Shown here: positions 18,401 through 32,008 of the stretch, piece after piece
Layout: each line of letters starts with the position of its first letter
Numbering within the stretch: position 1 is the first letter of the stretch
Assembly: GCA_040954595.2 (NCBI GenBank)
Contig: CM082594.2
Coordinates: forward strand, 6,654,840-6,718,839
Length of the DNA: 64,000 nt
Source: Balanoglossus misakiensis
Taxonomy: Eukaryota > Animalia > Hemichordata
Direction of reading: 5' to 3'
Translations under genes and position numbers: made by a program
The notes under the pieces: generated by a model
What the model saw: the letters and a program-made list of their open reading frames with translations, nothing else
The model's database searches: none
What the model was told of the DNA's origin: nothing

Positions 18401-21400
18401 AAGTCAGAGTGGGGGTTGACATATTCTTAATATAGAATAAAGTAGATGGTGATTTTGTGGTTGCATGACACATTACAATCAACAGCCCATGATGATGTAC
18501 TATTGTCTCACTGCCTTTTTGCCAATTACTATTGTGCCCATTTAGCTATGATATTTAAACAAATGTTTGAAAGTTGAAAAATAAATCACCAAATATGAGA
18601 ACTCAAAATGTTTGACCAAAAACAGTTATGAAATGGAATAAAGTATTGCATTAATTATTTTGCAATTTCTATCAGACGCATCTAATTTCGCCCTGGGGAA
18701 GCCAACTTGGCAGAGTTCAACGATGCGCCGCAGAAATTCCACACTGGCGGTGGACGGTAACACCTCACCCAGAATTGGGGATGGCAGTTGTACCCAAACA
18801 AGAGTGGAAGAAACAGTTTGGTGGAAGACAGACCTTCGGAACAATTTCATCATCAAGTTTATCGTGATAACCAATCGAGACGGTATTGACATTATTCGCT
18901 TGATAGTAAATTACTAGATAGTCATTGGTAACAGATCCACTAATAGATGGGAATTAAGTTATCAACTGAGATGATCATGGCACTGATTGTAGTATTTAAA
19001 ATAACTTACGGCAGAACACAAAACTGTAGAGCTTTAATCTTGCATGTTGTAAATGAAAATTGTCAATCTTACTGTTATCTATTTGCAGTTGCAAAAACGG
19101 CCCTTGTCAATGTTAGTATTTCGGTCAGCCGTGACGATGTTGACTACACCGAATGTGGCATTGTAACTAACGAGGATGTGGGAGCATCCCTGACCATCAT
19201 GAAAGAGTGTAATCCTGAAATTATTGGCCGCTTTGTGAAAGCAGAGAAGACAAACAGCAGCCTTCCTCTCACACTGTGTGAAGTCGAGGTCTACGATCAG
19301 TGTGAGTGACATGTTATTATTTTTCAAAATAAACTTGGAAAATACTAGTCAAAAGAAGATGACAGGAAATTAAACTGAATGTCAATGAAAACTTAAATTT
19401 GTATGATAATTTAGGAGTTGCCCTAAATGAAACTACCCAAACATTTTAGAGGTTATACGATATTAGTAATTTTGTCAAATAATATCACAATATTATAAAA
19501 GCTCATTATATTTTCAGATCCTTTCACTACAACACCCAAACCGACAACCACTCTACTGCCAGTGGATGCTTCACCAACAATATCGCAGGGTAAGTTGTTG
19601 ACATCAAAGATACCTTGGTTGGGTGTTGATGTTAACAGTGCCTTACAATTTGAATGACATGTAGTGGGCAGCTCTACTGTCTGCCCCCACATCTTAAGTT
19701 CAGAGAAGAGGGGGAACATTCTCATTATGTCTCTTCCATGATACATTCGGCCATCTTTTCAACTGGTAACATGCCCGAGTTCATATCTATGTTTTGTAAT
19801 GTCAGAGTGTTCCATCTGATTCTTCAGATGCGTCTAATTTCGCCCTGGGGAAGCCCACCTGGCAGAGTTCGACAATGAACCGCAGAAATTCCACACTGGC
19901 GGTGGACGGTAACACCTCACCCAGAACTGGGGATGGCAGTTGTACCCAAACAAGAGTGGAAGAAACAGTTTGGTGGAAGACAGACCTTAGGAACAATTTC
20001 ATCATCAAGTTTATCGTGATAACCAATCGAGACGGTATTGGGATTATTCACTTGATAGTTAATTACTTGATAGTAATTGGTAACAGATCTTAATAGATGG
20101 GAATGAAGTTATCAACTTAGATGATCATGGCACTGATTGTAGTATTTAAAATAACTTACCACAGAACACAAAACTGTCGAGCTTTAATCTTGCATGTTGT
20201 AAATGAAAATTGTCAATCTTACTGTTATCTATTTGCAGTTGCAAAAACGGCTCTTGTCAATGTTAGTATTTCGGTCAGCCGTGATGACGTTGATTATACT
20301 GAGTGCGGCATTGTAACTGACGAGGACGTTACCACATCACTGACTATCACAAAGGAGTGTAATCCTGAAATTATTGGCCGCTTTGTGAAAGCCGAGAAGA
20401 CAAACAGCAGCCTTCCTCTCACACTCTGTGAAGTTGAAGTCTATGATCAGTGTGAGTACAGTAATTATACTAAACTGTCGATTAAAACTGTGTTTACTTC
20501 AGGCAAGGTGCCCAAAACATTAAATACTCTTGTATGCTAAGATTATTCAATTGGTCTTGATATCATTCCAGATCCATTTACTACGACGGCAGAGCCAACG
20601 ACGCCCGAAGCCTCGACGTTGCTTGTTGCCGCTTCACCTACCATCTCCCAAGGTATTGTAATATTTATGTACAGAATCTTTAGAAGGTCAGTGGTCGCAC
20701 AATCAGGTTACAATCAGATGTACAGGTGAGGTGTACCCATTTCATTCCGTGGGCTTTACATGCATATCTGCTGTTCTAGTCTCTCTACACAATCCATATG
20801 AATAACAAGGCCAAAACAATGAAAAAGAACCATCAGTACATCCATAGATTTGATGGAAAAGTCATATAGTGATCGAGATTGGCGTCTGGTTCACCGAATG
20901 TGATGCCATAAATCTAGGTAGGATTGATTGCAAATGTCCTTTAAATGCCAGAAGCAGTATTCGACTGACAGACTGTACCTACTTAACTGCCATTGCAAAC
21001 ATACCTTTGTGACATCAATATCAACTCCGCTTTTCAATTCCAGATGTTGTTAATTTCGCCGAGGGAAAGCCCACATCTCAGAGCTCTGTCTCTAATAGAA
21101 GGAACTCTACCTTAGCTGTGGACGGCAATGCATCGCCCTATGCGGAAGATAACAGCTGCACAAAAACCAGGGTGGATGAAATTGAATGGTGGAAAGTTGA
21201 CCTGCGCAACAACTTTGTCGTAAAATTTATCGTTGTTACCAATAGAGCAGGTATGGACTGGTTGAGAACTACACACAGTTTTGTATTCTAGTCTGTATCT
21301 TTCTGATTAAAATGGTGGGAGATAACACGGTGTAGTAAAATATGTAGATTTAAGTTTACAGACCAATATTTGAAGCATATGTAATTTTACAACCACTAAA

Positions 21401-24400
21401 CTTAATTTTGTGATATCATGTGAAAAAATGCATAAAGATGCCATTAGGCTTCTCTATCTACAATGAAAGTGATACTGATATTGGTGTTGTGACTGAAAAG
21501 TGCTAAATATCCTGTAACTACAAATGAAGTTCACTTTTACAGGTGCTAGAAGAGCTCTGGCTAATGCCACCTTGTCGGTCAGCAAGGATGATGTCAACTA
21601 CACACAGTGTGGTGTCATAACACTAGTGGATGTGTTGGCGTCTATAACTATCGTAAAAGAGTGCAATCCAGAAATCACTGGTCGGTTTGTGAAAGCCATG
21701 AGGACAAACAGCAGCAGTAGCCTTATGCTGTGTGAAGTGGAGGTTTACGATCAATGTGAGTATTAGTAAGCTGGAAATTTATGCTCTATTCACTTTTTTA
21801 CCCTGAACTGGAAGCCCCAGTTGGCCGGAACACAGAGATCCCACATAGTTACCTCTGTCTGGTCAACTGTCACATCTAGTGAAACAATCTCCCTCTTTGA
21901 TTCTCAGATCCATTTACCACAACACCAGCCACTACAACCACACCTGTCCATACAACCACAGCGCTGCCAACAACAACCACTGAAGCTTCAACCATGCCAG
22001 TTGTTTTACTGACCACCGCTGCAGGTAATGCTTGACAAGTCCAGCAACCACATTTCTGCAACCACATTTCTGCTGTCAAATGCTGATAGCATGTCTTATG
22101 TGCTTCAACACCTGAACTTTATGACCTCAGCATGATTCAACATTCTCTTTGTGATTGTACAATATATTTCAGTTGTATGGTTTTTAGATACCAACTCCAC
22201 TTTTCTTGCTTGACTACATCTGTTAATCAAAGAAAAGGGACAGTGGTGATTGTGTTCCTTATTCAAATCCATTTTCCGCAGATTTATCTTCTACGCCTGT
22301 TCACACTTCCACGCAACTGTTCACCACTCCAACCAAAAGGCTGCCAAGCACATCAGAGACCACAGCAGCTGACGACAGATCTTCAGTTGCCACGTCGATG
22401 TTACAAACAACAAGCCCTGTGATGCATGTCACAACACCACAGAGTCTCTCAACTCCAGAATCTACGGTAAGCTAGTAACATGCAATATTATCTGACATAT
22501 AGAGCAATGTCGTAATTGAAAGGTACAGTGTTAAAGCACAAAATGAGAAATCTAACTATCTTGACCAAGAAGAGTTTTATAGACATTCACAATATCGAGT
22601 ACATAGAGAGTACACATTGTACATTATGTGTGACTATAAAGCTGCAGAGAAACATAGTCAACCAAATTAAAAGATGGCCACTAGGACCATCTCCATACTT
22701 TGGGAAACAGAAACATGATAACACTGTGAATAAGATTGTAACTACTTATGGGCAAATTCACAAAGATATATGTGCCGCAATCTCACTGCAGCACATGTAC
22801 CATATGCCACGCTTACTGTATCTGTCACTTTGATTTTTCAAACAATTGTCACAACTGAAGAACCAATTTCTTATTAAATACAACAGATTCATAAACCTTC
22901 CAAGCTAGTTGTTGGGCCAGATATTAAAGGCACAAACAGCAGCACACAATGATAACAAACAACACAGACTATGGCAGCCTATCTACAATATGACTTCAGT
23001 GAGATGGGTATTGTTTTACACCTGCAACATTTGCACAATATCCACAGATTAAGACAACTCCACATAGGACAACTGAATCTTTAACAACAACTGTGACATC
23101 AAGCCCACCCACAACTGAGTTGAGAACCACTGGTAGGACAACTCCACAGATGACAACAGAAACTTTAACGACTGCTACATCAAGCCCACCCACAACTGAG
23201 TTAAGAACCACCTTTAAGACAACTCCACAGATGACAACAAAAACTTTAACAACTGCGACATCAAGCCCACCCACAACTGAGTTAAGTACCACTAGCAAGA
23301 CAACCCAAGATGTGACAACTGAATCTTTAACAACTACTGTGACATCAAGCCCACCCACAACTGAGTTGAGAACCACTGGTAGGACAACTCTACAGATGAC
23401 AACAGAAACATTAACGACTGTGACATCAAGCGCACCCACAACTAATTTAAGTACCACTAGCAAGACAACCCAAGAAGTGACAACTGAATGTTTAACAACA
23501 ACTGTGACATCAAGCCCACCCACAACTGAGTTAAGAACCACTGGTAGGACAACTCCACAGATGACAACAGAAACATTAACGACTGTGACATCAAGCGCAC
23601 CCACAACTGTTTTAAGTACCACTAGCAAGACAACCCAAGAAGTGACAACTGAATCTTTAACAACTACTGTGACGTCAAGCCCACCCACAACTGATCTAAG
23701 TACCACTAGCAAGACAACCCAAGAAGTGACAACTGAATCTTTATCAACTACTGTGACATCAAGCCAACCCACAACTGATCTAAGTACCACTAGCAAGACA
23801 ACCCAAGAAGTGACAACTGAATCTTTACCAACTACTGTGACATCAAGCCCACCCACAACTGATCTAAGTACCACTAGCAAGACAACCCAAGAAGTGACAA
23901 CTGAATCTTTATCAACTACTGTGACATCAAGCCAACCCACAACTGATCTAAGTACCACTAGCAAGACAACCCAAGAAGTGACAACTGAATCTTTACCAAC
24001 TACTGTGACATCAAGCCAACCCACAACTGATCTAAGTACCACTAGCAAGACAACCCAAGAAGTGACAACTGAATCTTTACCAACTACTGTGACATCAAGT
24101 CCACCCACAACTGATCTAAGTACCACTAGCAAGACAACCCAAGAAGTGACAACTGAATCTTTACCAACTACTGTGACATCAAGCCAACCCACAACTGATC
24201 TAAGTACCACTAGCAAGACAACCCAAGAAGTGACAACTGAATCTTTACCAACTACTGTGACATCAAGTCCACCCACAACTGATCTAAGTACCACTAGCAA
24301 GACAACCCAAGAAGTGACAACTGAATCTTTACCAACTACTGTGACATCAAGCCAACCCACAACTGATCTAAGTATCACTAGCAAGACAACCCAAGAAGTG

Positions 24401-27400
24401 ACAACTGAATCTTTAACAACAACTGTGACGTCAAGCCCACCTACAACTGAGTTAAGGACCACTGGTAGGACAACTCCACAGATGACAACAGAAACTTTAA
24501 CGACTGCCACATCAAGCCCACCCACAAGCACCCTGACAACCAAAAATGTTCTCACCCAGATGACATCAGCTGAAATAGATACTACCAGTATAACAACACC
24601 CATAGCAACAATAGAAGAAGTAACTACAGGAATGACATCAAGCCTATCCACAACTCAGGGTTCTAGTAGTACTATGACAACCAGAATGATTACAACCGAA
24701 GATATTACCACAGATGTGACAAGCCCGTTCAGTACTGCTGCATCATCAAACCAGCTATCTTCTGAAGACAGTACTACTGAAGTGCCATCAACCTCACCTA
24801 CCACTTATATTGAAAGCACTACGGCAGCATCACTAGGATCATCCATGGTAATAGAAGAAAAAACAACAGATTTGACAAACACACATACACAGCTACTGAT
24901 TATAACATAGCACAATATAGCCTGTATTATGTATATAATTGGCCAATGTTGTTGGCTAATGAATTAAACTCTGGGTTTCAATTCAATTTTCGTTAATGTT
25001 GACTGCACAGATATGGGCTGTGTTAATTGACAAGATCAACAGACATATAAGAAATTGCATTTGATATACTGAACCAAAAATACTGAAAATATCGCTACAG
25101 TTATTTAATCCTTTAAAGCTACAACTACCATCAAATGATAAACATCATTCTAACCAGCAACATTTCTGCGATAAGCTGCCCAAATATCCCTGCAGCCAGC
25201 ACTGCATGCTCGCATGAGCACAATTAAATCTCTCAGACTTTCCATCGCTATGGAGGGACTGTGAACACACGCATTTAAGAAGCAAAACATTGTATGCTAG
25301 CAACATATATGCAACATTTTCACAGGTTTCTACAGAAGGAACCTCGCCGAAGACCACCAGCCGACCTGTAACAATTGGTGTAAGTACTGCAACTCTAACG
25401 TCGAGTCCTCCAGTATTGATAGAGGGCAGCACTGTGCTGGCATCTACTGAAGAGACTAACATACTGATACCATCAACACCAACAACAGACAAGACTACAG
25501 ATACACCAGCAAAAAGCCCACCACCAACTACTGACTACAGTACAAAAACTTCAACTCGGCATCTCTCGGTAACTACTGCTGCACACACATCCAGTGCTAT
25601 GACTGAAACCCCACTCACATATCCAACATCAAAACGTTCCCCATCTATGACTAAGCGTCTACCCATAACCACAACTTCAGAGCATACCTCCTCCACAACT
25701 CTGAGACGTCTCAGGACTAGAACCGCAGAACCCAAGTCAACCGCAACAGAAAATCCACTCTTAACCACGACTACAGACCAAACAACTAACAGTTTTCCAG
25801 TAGCTACAACTTCAGATCATACCTTAACCACGACGAAACATCTACCCACGACCACAGCTGCAGAACACACCTCAAAGGCGACTGAACGTTTTCCCATAAC
25901 CACAACTGCAGACCAGATGACAACCACGACTCAACATCAACAGATAACCACAACTGCAGACCAAACCACTAGAACTGAAAATCATCCAATGACCACTTCT
26001 TCAGACCCTACCTTAACAACAACGACAAATCCACCAACAACCACGACTGCACACACTACGCCAGCAACAACACAATATCCACTTACAACTACTGAGGATT
26101 CTGCTGTGTCAGGACTTAATTCTGAACTTGCTACTTCTGCCTGGCCAACAACCATCTCACAGCCGAATGCTACCATAGTGAGTATCGAAGAATTAACTCG
26201 ATTTATGTATTGGTACCATTCTTGACAGCCCAAACCAAGAATACTTTTTGTTTCCATAGGCCTAGCATTTAATTTAGTTGTTAATCATATCTCTTTGGCC
26301 AGGGTTGTTGGGTTACCATTGAAATTATTTGGGGGAGACAGACAACAATTTAAAATGTGCTCTGACAAAGATAAGACAATATGTTTCTCTGAGTAGGGAA
26401 ACATTCTTTATATGGAGCAAACTTAATTGACATTATTTAAGACACCGGCAATTATACCTTGCACTGTAAATTAATGATCATACTTCATACAATACAGACC
26501 CATTAAATAATTCTTTGTAGCAGGTAACACCAGATATTACATCTGTGAAAACCGATGAAAGAAAAAGGGAAACCACAATAGAAACAACGACATCAGGTAA
26601 AATTCAGCATTTCTCTTACACATTATGTATTGTTACCATTGTCTCGGAAAGTCTAATAAAGTTTTACGTTATAATGCAGTTGTGGCATATTTGGTTATAC
26701 ACACATGGCAATCATTATGACGACCTAGTCAGGCAATATTCTTGGTGACTATTGCCCAAGGGAAACAGTCCTTGCAGGATGACCATTTTTTGCCATATCA
26801 CGTGTTATTCAGCATCTGTGCATGATTTTATGTCAGTGATATTCATTTCTTTTCAGTCGCGGGATGTAGTGACCCACCAAGTGTTAGAACATTTCCTCCA
26901 GACGGCGATGATGGCGGCGCCTTGGAGTATTACAGATTTACAGCCCAGAATTCCACAACGTTGGTGTTCAAATGTAAAGAAGGGTTTGGTATGATTGGTG
27001 AAGAGTCCATAGTATGTGTAGATGGAGAGTGGGTCGGGAACGTTCCTATATGTCAAAATAGTGAGTATCATTTATGTTCTGTTTTACCTGTTGCCACACT
27101 ACAGATTGTAGAGAATCGGCTCATAAGAAACACCTACTTTAATTTGTAATCCTCATTCTACTCATCATTACTTCCTCATTGAATTATGAAGATTGGTGAA
27201 CTTTCTGCCGATATTCGACATGAAAAGATCGCTAGTGAATTGAAACACTCCTTTACAGGGAGGCTCGCTTAATGCTGCTTTTAATTAAGAGCGATTTTTC
27301 AACAGAAAACCAACTATTGAATTCCACTGAGGACTCTATCTATCTCAACGAATCTCTGCCAAGTATGAGCCCTGATGAATTAGTATATACAGGTAGGTTT

Positions 27401-28401
27401 CTACACTTTGAACACATAGCATACTAGTCTCATCATAAAATCACCAACACAAAAGGAATTTGTGATTATTAAAAATATGTTGCCATGAACCAAACAAGCC
27501 ATCTTAATCACTTCCGGCCAATTACTAAATATCAAAAGTAACAACTACCCCTTGTGAATATGTTTTTGTTTCAGAGCAAACAAACCTAGACAATCTTATT
27601 TATGCAATCGTGGGAGGAATCCTGGCTGTACTTGCCCTACTGGCCACAGTAGCTGTGTTGATATTAGCATCATTGTTAAGGTAACTCCCCAGATGTAAAA
27701 TTATTCAATGGCCAATCGATGATCCATTGTAACAGAGTTGTACATGTATCTATCTCACCATTGTGTGTTGGACGGAAGTCTGTTAAGTGAATAAATTCTA
27801 ATTTAAAACTTCCTCGCCATTCAGGAGTGAAATGCTAGGGATGGAAAACATTCAGTAATTCTCAATTCAGAGTAAGAGAGATGTTATATTGCTTGAGACA
27901 ATTACACTGACACACACGATGAATGTATCTTTTCAGGCGTCGCATGAAAAAGAAGAAGACAGAGGAACGTCAAGCAGATAATGGAAGCATCAAGGACCCT
28001 GCTGACACTGACATTTCCGACGAAAATCCGGATACATTTACAAATGGAAACCTTGCAATCTTACCACGAAGGATGTCATACAATGTATTAAGCAAAGGGT
28101 CTTTCTACGAAGTCTTGGACTTGGAAAAACTCGAAAACCAGGTAACGTTGGCATATTCATCAACTCCGTACAATTAAAGTCTTGCATAAAACACTTCCAT
28201 CATTTGGCTCATTTAACATCATAGTTTAATTAGGGCAATTTTTCATGTGCTTCTCGACAGAATAATGCTTCAATCAGCAAAAAACACAGACCGTCTTGGC
28301 ATTGGACAGGTGGACTGGAGTCTTCGACAACGTGGACTGAACCAGGCAACTGCTTGAAGTTGGAAAGAAGGCTATCCAAGGTGTATGACACCGATGTCTG
28401 A
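15407..28401 (+). CDS. Type-I membrane protein: 5x F-type lectin (FTP) domains, Thr-rich mucin stalk, CCP/sushi, TM, cytoplasmic tail; about 2080 aa by hand count plus an unresolved N-terminal exon
   Basis: Exons 15407-15505, 15661-15753; FTP pairs 16075-16266/16661-16873, 17525-17719/17915-18124, 18676-18882/19089-19301, 19828-20034/20239-20451, 21044-21250/21543-21755 (NFALGKP..QSS..AVDGN..C..WWKVDL..GRFV..LCEVEVYD); Thr/Pro linkers 17030-17104, 18312-18383, 19518-19589, 20572-20652, 21908-22024; mucin exons 22282-22466, 23048-24847, 25326-26177, 26524-26596; CCP 26857-27060; TM 27575-27680 (LIYAIVGGILAVLALLATVAVLILASLL followed by RRRMKKKK); tail 27937-28141 and 28261-28401 ending VYDTDV*. 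Phases are consistent throughout. Confidence 0.85.
18676..20451 (+). repeat. Internal duplication (period about 1150 bp) of the two-exon FTP module including its intron
   Basis: 18676-19301 and 19828-20451 are near-identical, including the intron (gatcatggcactgattgtagtatttaaaataacttac...). Confidence 0.9.
23060..24530 (+). repeat. Coding minisatellite of about 16 units of 87/90 nt (29/30 aa, e.g. TVTSSPPTTDLSTTSKTTQEVTTESLPTT), a mucin PTS domain
   Basis: Two unit types (ELRTTGRTTPQMTTETL and DLSTTSKTTQEVTTESL) alternate at the 5' side, followed by a homogeneous run of 90-nt units; all lie in exon 23048-24847. Confidence 0.95.
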
Positions 28402-28663
28402 CGTCATATCTGGCCAAGACATGCATGCCTACATTTGACGACTTAAACAGAACGACTGGCTGGTGCAACTCTGCCTCGCAGTATATTTTTGTATAAGGAG
28501 ATGACCTTAAACAAGCAAGAAAGCGGCAAATATCTGTCAGCTATCTAGATGAATATGACATTTGGATTAATTCCATTCCCGTAAACGACGTTAATTTAAA
28601 TTCATATCTGATTGTCACTTATCAGACCGTTTCAAATCCCTCTGACGTATATTATTAAATATG

Positions 28664-28669
28664 AATAAA
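28664..28669 (+). terminator. Candidate polyadenylation signal AATAAA for the FTP-mucin receptor gene
   Basis: Canonical hexamer about 260 nt after TGA 28399-28401; motif evidence only. Confidence 0.35.
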
Positions 28670-31600
28670 GTTACACAAAAACGACCATAAAGCTCCCCAC
28701 AGGAACTGATTTGCACCACAGATTAGCAATCAGTTATCAAGAATTTATTATACAAAAGGTGAAACTTACTAGGGTTAACCATGTTTTCTCTTTTACAAAC
28801 AGGAATGTATTTTCCATAATCATTTCTTGGAGAGCAACATATTTATTGTGTGTACATTTTTTGCAGATAACTGCACACAGTCTAAATGATGACTTGTGCA
28901 TATTTATCAGGAAAAGTATTTTTCAATGTGTATACTACATATATACGTTAGAAAGAAAAGGGTTTTGTGTTAAATATTTCTTTACGATGTCACTGATTCA
29001 CATTTCGATGTACATTAGATGTATTATTACTGTGATTATTACATACGAAGGTCATGCTATGTTACAATGACACTGTGGAATGTGTGTCTGCTTGCTATGA
29101 CACCCTCACAAAAAGCGTATAGGTGAGTGTAGAAATGACATTTTGGGGTGTACCCCACAATATGGCCGCCAATTCATGACGATATATATAGTAGTTGTAT
29201 TTTTGACGTCTCAGATATGACTCGGAGGTACTTATTTACTATATGACATGTATTGCTACAATGCAGGTACTTTTCATAGCCTATTTTTGAGTATCACAAG
29301 GAATATTAAACTTTTGAAATTAACTGCTTGATAAATCTAACTTTTGAAAGTAACTGCTTGATTATCATTTGTGTAGTTTATCACAAGTCAAGACACAACT
29401 TAGACTTTTTCTTTCTTTACATGTATTATCTCTGTCATATTTACACTGAACTTTGCTCCGAGAATGGTAATAAAGTGAAACTTTCAAAATCATTCGACTC
29501 TGTATTACTGTCACCGTCCCTGATCTTAGATTGAGTTCCATGCATTGAGAGTTGTGACACCGTGAATTTTGTCCAGTCGTGAAAATTTTAACATGCCTGC
29601 GTCTTTTGCAAGTGTGCAAATGCGACTTTTTGTGACACATTTGCATTTTATTTTACCCCGCCTCTCAATCTGGAGACTTCTGAAGTCCCTAAATGATATT
29701 CAACTACAGCCTTTGTCTACCTTTTAAAGTTTTGAATGGACCCAAAATATAACTGTTATTGCCATGGCCTAGGTAGGCAGCACACGACGTCAACCGTGAC
29801 ACAGTTCTGCCAAGGCATTATTCTCACCTGTGTAGTGGGCAGAGCCGAATGACACAATGCTTGCACTTTAAAGCAAGGCAGACCCTTACACTGTGCCTAA
29901 ATACGTCAGAACTTCCACCACCCCAGGGTGTCCATTCAGACTGGTTTGATGGGGCTGAAACTGCTGAGTCCTAATTCATCCCAAAGCTCGACTCCTGATA
30001 ACCGCACCCAAATATAATTCAATGATACGATCAGAGCACCACATCCACATGGATACAGCATTCTACTTGCATTTCAGACGGTCAGCAGATGATAGTTGCG
30101 ATGCAATTGACATTTCATAAAAGACAGTACTGGGACTACAAAGATTCAGTCCATCCATACTTTTAATGCAGTGAGGCAATCAGCCCTTTTATACTACCAA
30201 GGTCAATTAAAGTAGCCGCTTAGTAGTGCAACTTGCCGAATGCGTATCTTCAGAAAAGACAATGTCTGATGGCTGTCGCCCATGTACAATTCGTTATACA
30301 CTACTAAGATGGTTCTTCTTCAGGACATCCCCCATATTAAGAGTATTCATATCCGATGTTACTAAAGGGGATATTACAGAATAGACATTTCAAGTACTAT
30401 TTTTTGTTTTTACTTTGGCCCTCTGCGTAACAATGAAGCTAACCAGGCTCATGCAGCTTGAACAATGGCTGGATGGATGCCACAAAACACCATATTGATT
30501 TCGCAACCAGTTTGTTTGTTCGGCAAGTTTGATAAACATATAATGATAGCCTCTCTGTAAGGGAGTCGTGTTGCGTCGAAGCCTTTCATGAAGACGTGTT
30601 GAATACCCACTGAGGGCGTCTTCCCAGTCTCCGAACAATTGCAGAGGTCACACAAAGAATAAGATGACGTTATAGGCATGACACCAAACACGTATCCCCC
30701 AAGCACCGCCCAGTGGCACGAGTACTTTAATTGTGAACTTTACTGCCCCCTTTTTACAGAACAGTGGCAGTTTGGAGACCATGTTACTACCTTATAAGAA
30801 TCTATACTATGTGCATGTGAGGTAAATCGTGTCTCTGTGACCATGCCCTGGTGTTTTAAATTACAGAGTTAGAATATTAATGCTGGTGGCAGGTCCGATT
30901 GTTGGTCGAGTACTTCTTTTCGGTGGACGTGGCTGGAGAATATTCAGGGTGTTCATTTGAAGAAAATAAATACATGTACTCAACCACTTAGGCCTATTGA
31001 AGGCAACACGTCACGGGATTAGCAAACTTTTATTTAAAAAATATAGTCTGATTGCTGAACTCCTCAGTACCAAATCATCCTATTCTATGGCAATTTAGAT
31101 GTGATTTTATGACCAAAAAAATCCCCAATAGTAGCTACTATTGACAAAATATGCTCCGTCTTTATTCAAATTCTTTCCATTTTACATCACGGTAATATAA
31201 GCCTAAAGACCGAAAGTCAACTCGGACAGAAAGCTTGGCAAAGAGTACTATTGCCAAAGCACTACTGCGGCAGGGAACGATCTACAGAAGCATACACAAG
31301 ACACCGTTTTGTGAAAACAGGACGTGAAGGTTGTTTTGATCTGCGGGTTAATGTTTCCATAATGGACAACCAAATGCTTTCAGCAACGCTGAAGTTTTTG
31401 CGCAAAACAAATATCAGCCGGCTAGGCGGGCGCCAATGAGAAGCATCTTCGTTTTGAGATGCGCAATCATTAGAAAGACAAAATTCACTATTTGAAATTT
31501 AAATGATCTGCCAGGCGTTGCTCAATTGGGCGTGTTTATACTGACAATTAGATCTTTCAGTGTCTACTATGGAGAATTATTTTATTTGTTATGACGATCC

Positions 31601-32008
31601 CATACAAAACGGCGTTTTCTACACAGAAGGTCTGGGCAAGCCCGCTCTATAATTGTATGCCGTGAACAATACTCCTTTGAAATTTGTCATAAAGCGGAGA
31701 TAACGGCTGCAAATGGTAGAGAAGTTACGCCCAAGGTTCTCAAGAAAAGTCTGCATAAATGTTTACCTAGATAAAATTTGTTAAAGAGACCGGAGGAAGT
31801 CAACAGCTCCGTTGGGACATTGCGCGCTTCTCCCGACTATTTTTGAGAAGAATCGAACTTCGCCAAACTCCTTGTAATCGCGACAAAACATCGAGAATAT
31901 TGCAGTATTTCTCAAAGCGTTGCACCGTTTTGTAGTTTGTAGCTGACATATTTCAATATTGCCGATCGACGGACTCTCACGCCTCACGAGAGAGTGACTT
32001 GGACAATC

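Noticed and set aside
22996-24651. 551-aa Val-rich antisense ORF
   Set aside because: Shadow of the Thr-rich mucin repeat (ACN codons give few stops on the reverse strand); no independent gene signals.
28402-32008. Short ORFs and possible TE remnants between the two lectin genes
   Set aside because: No recognisable domains, consistent splice structure or paired terminal repeats.
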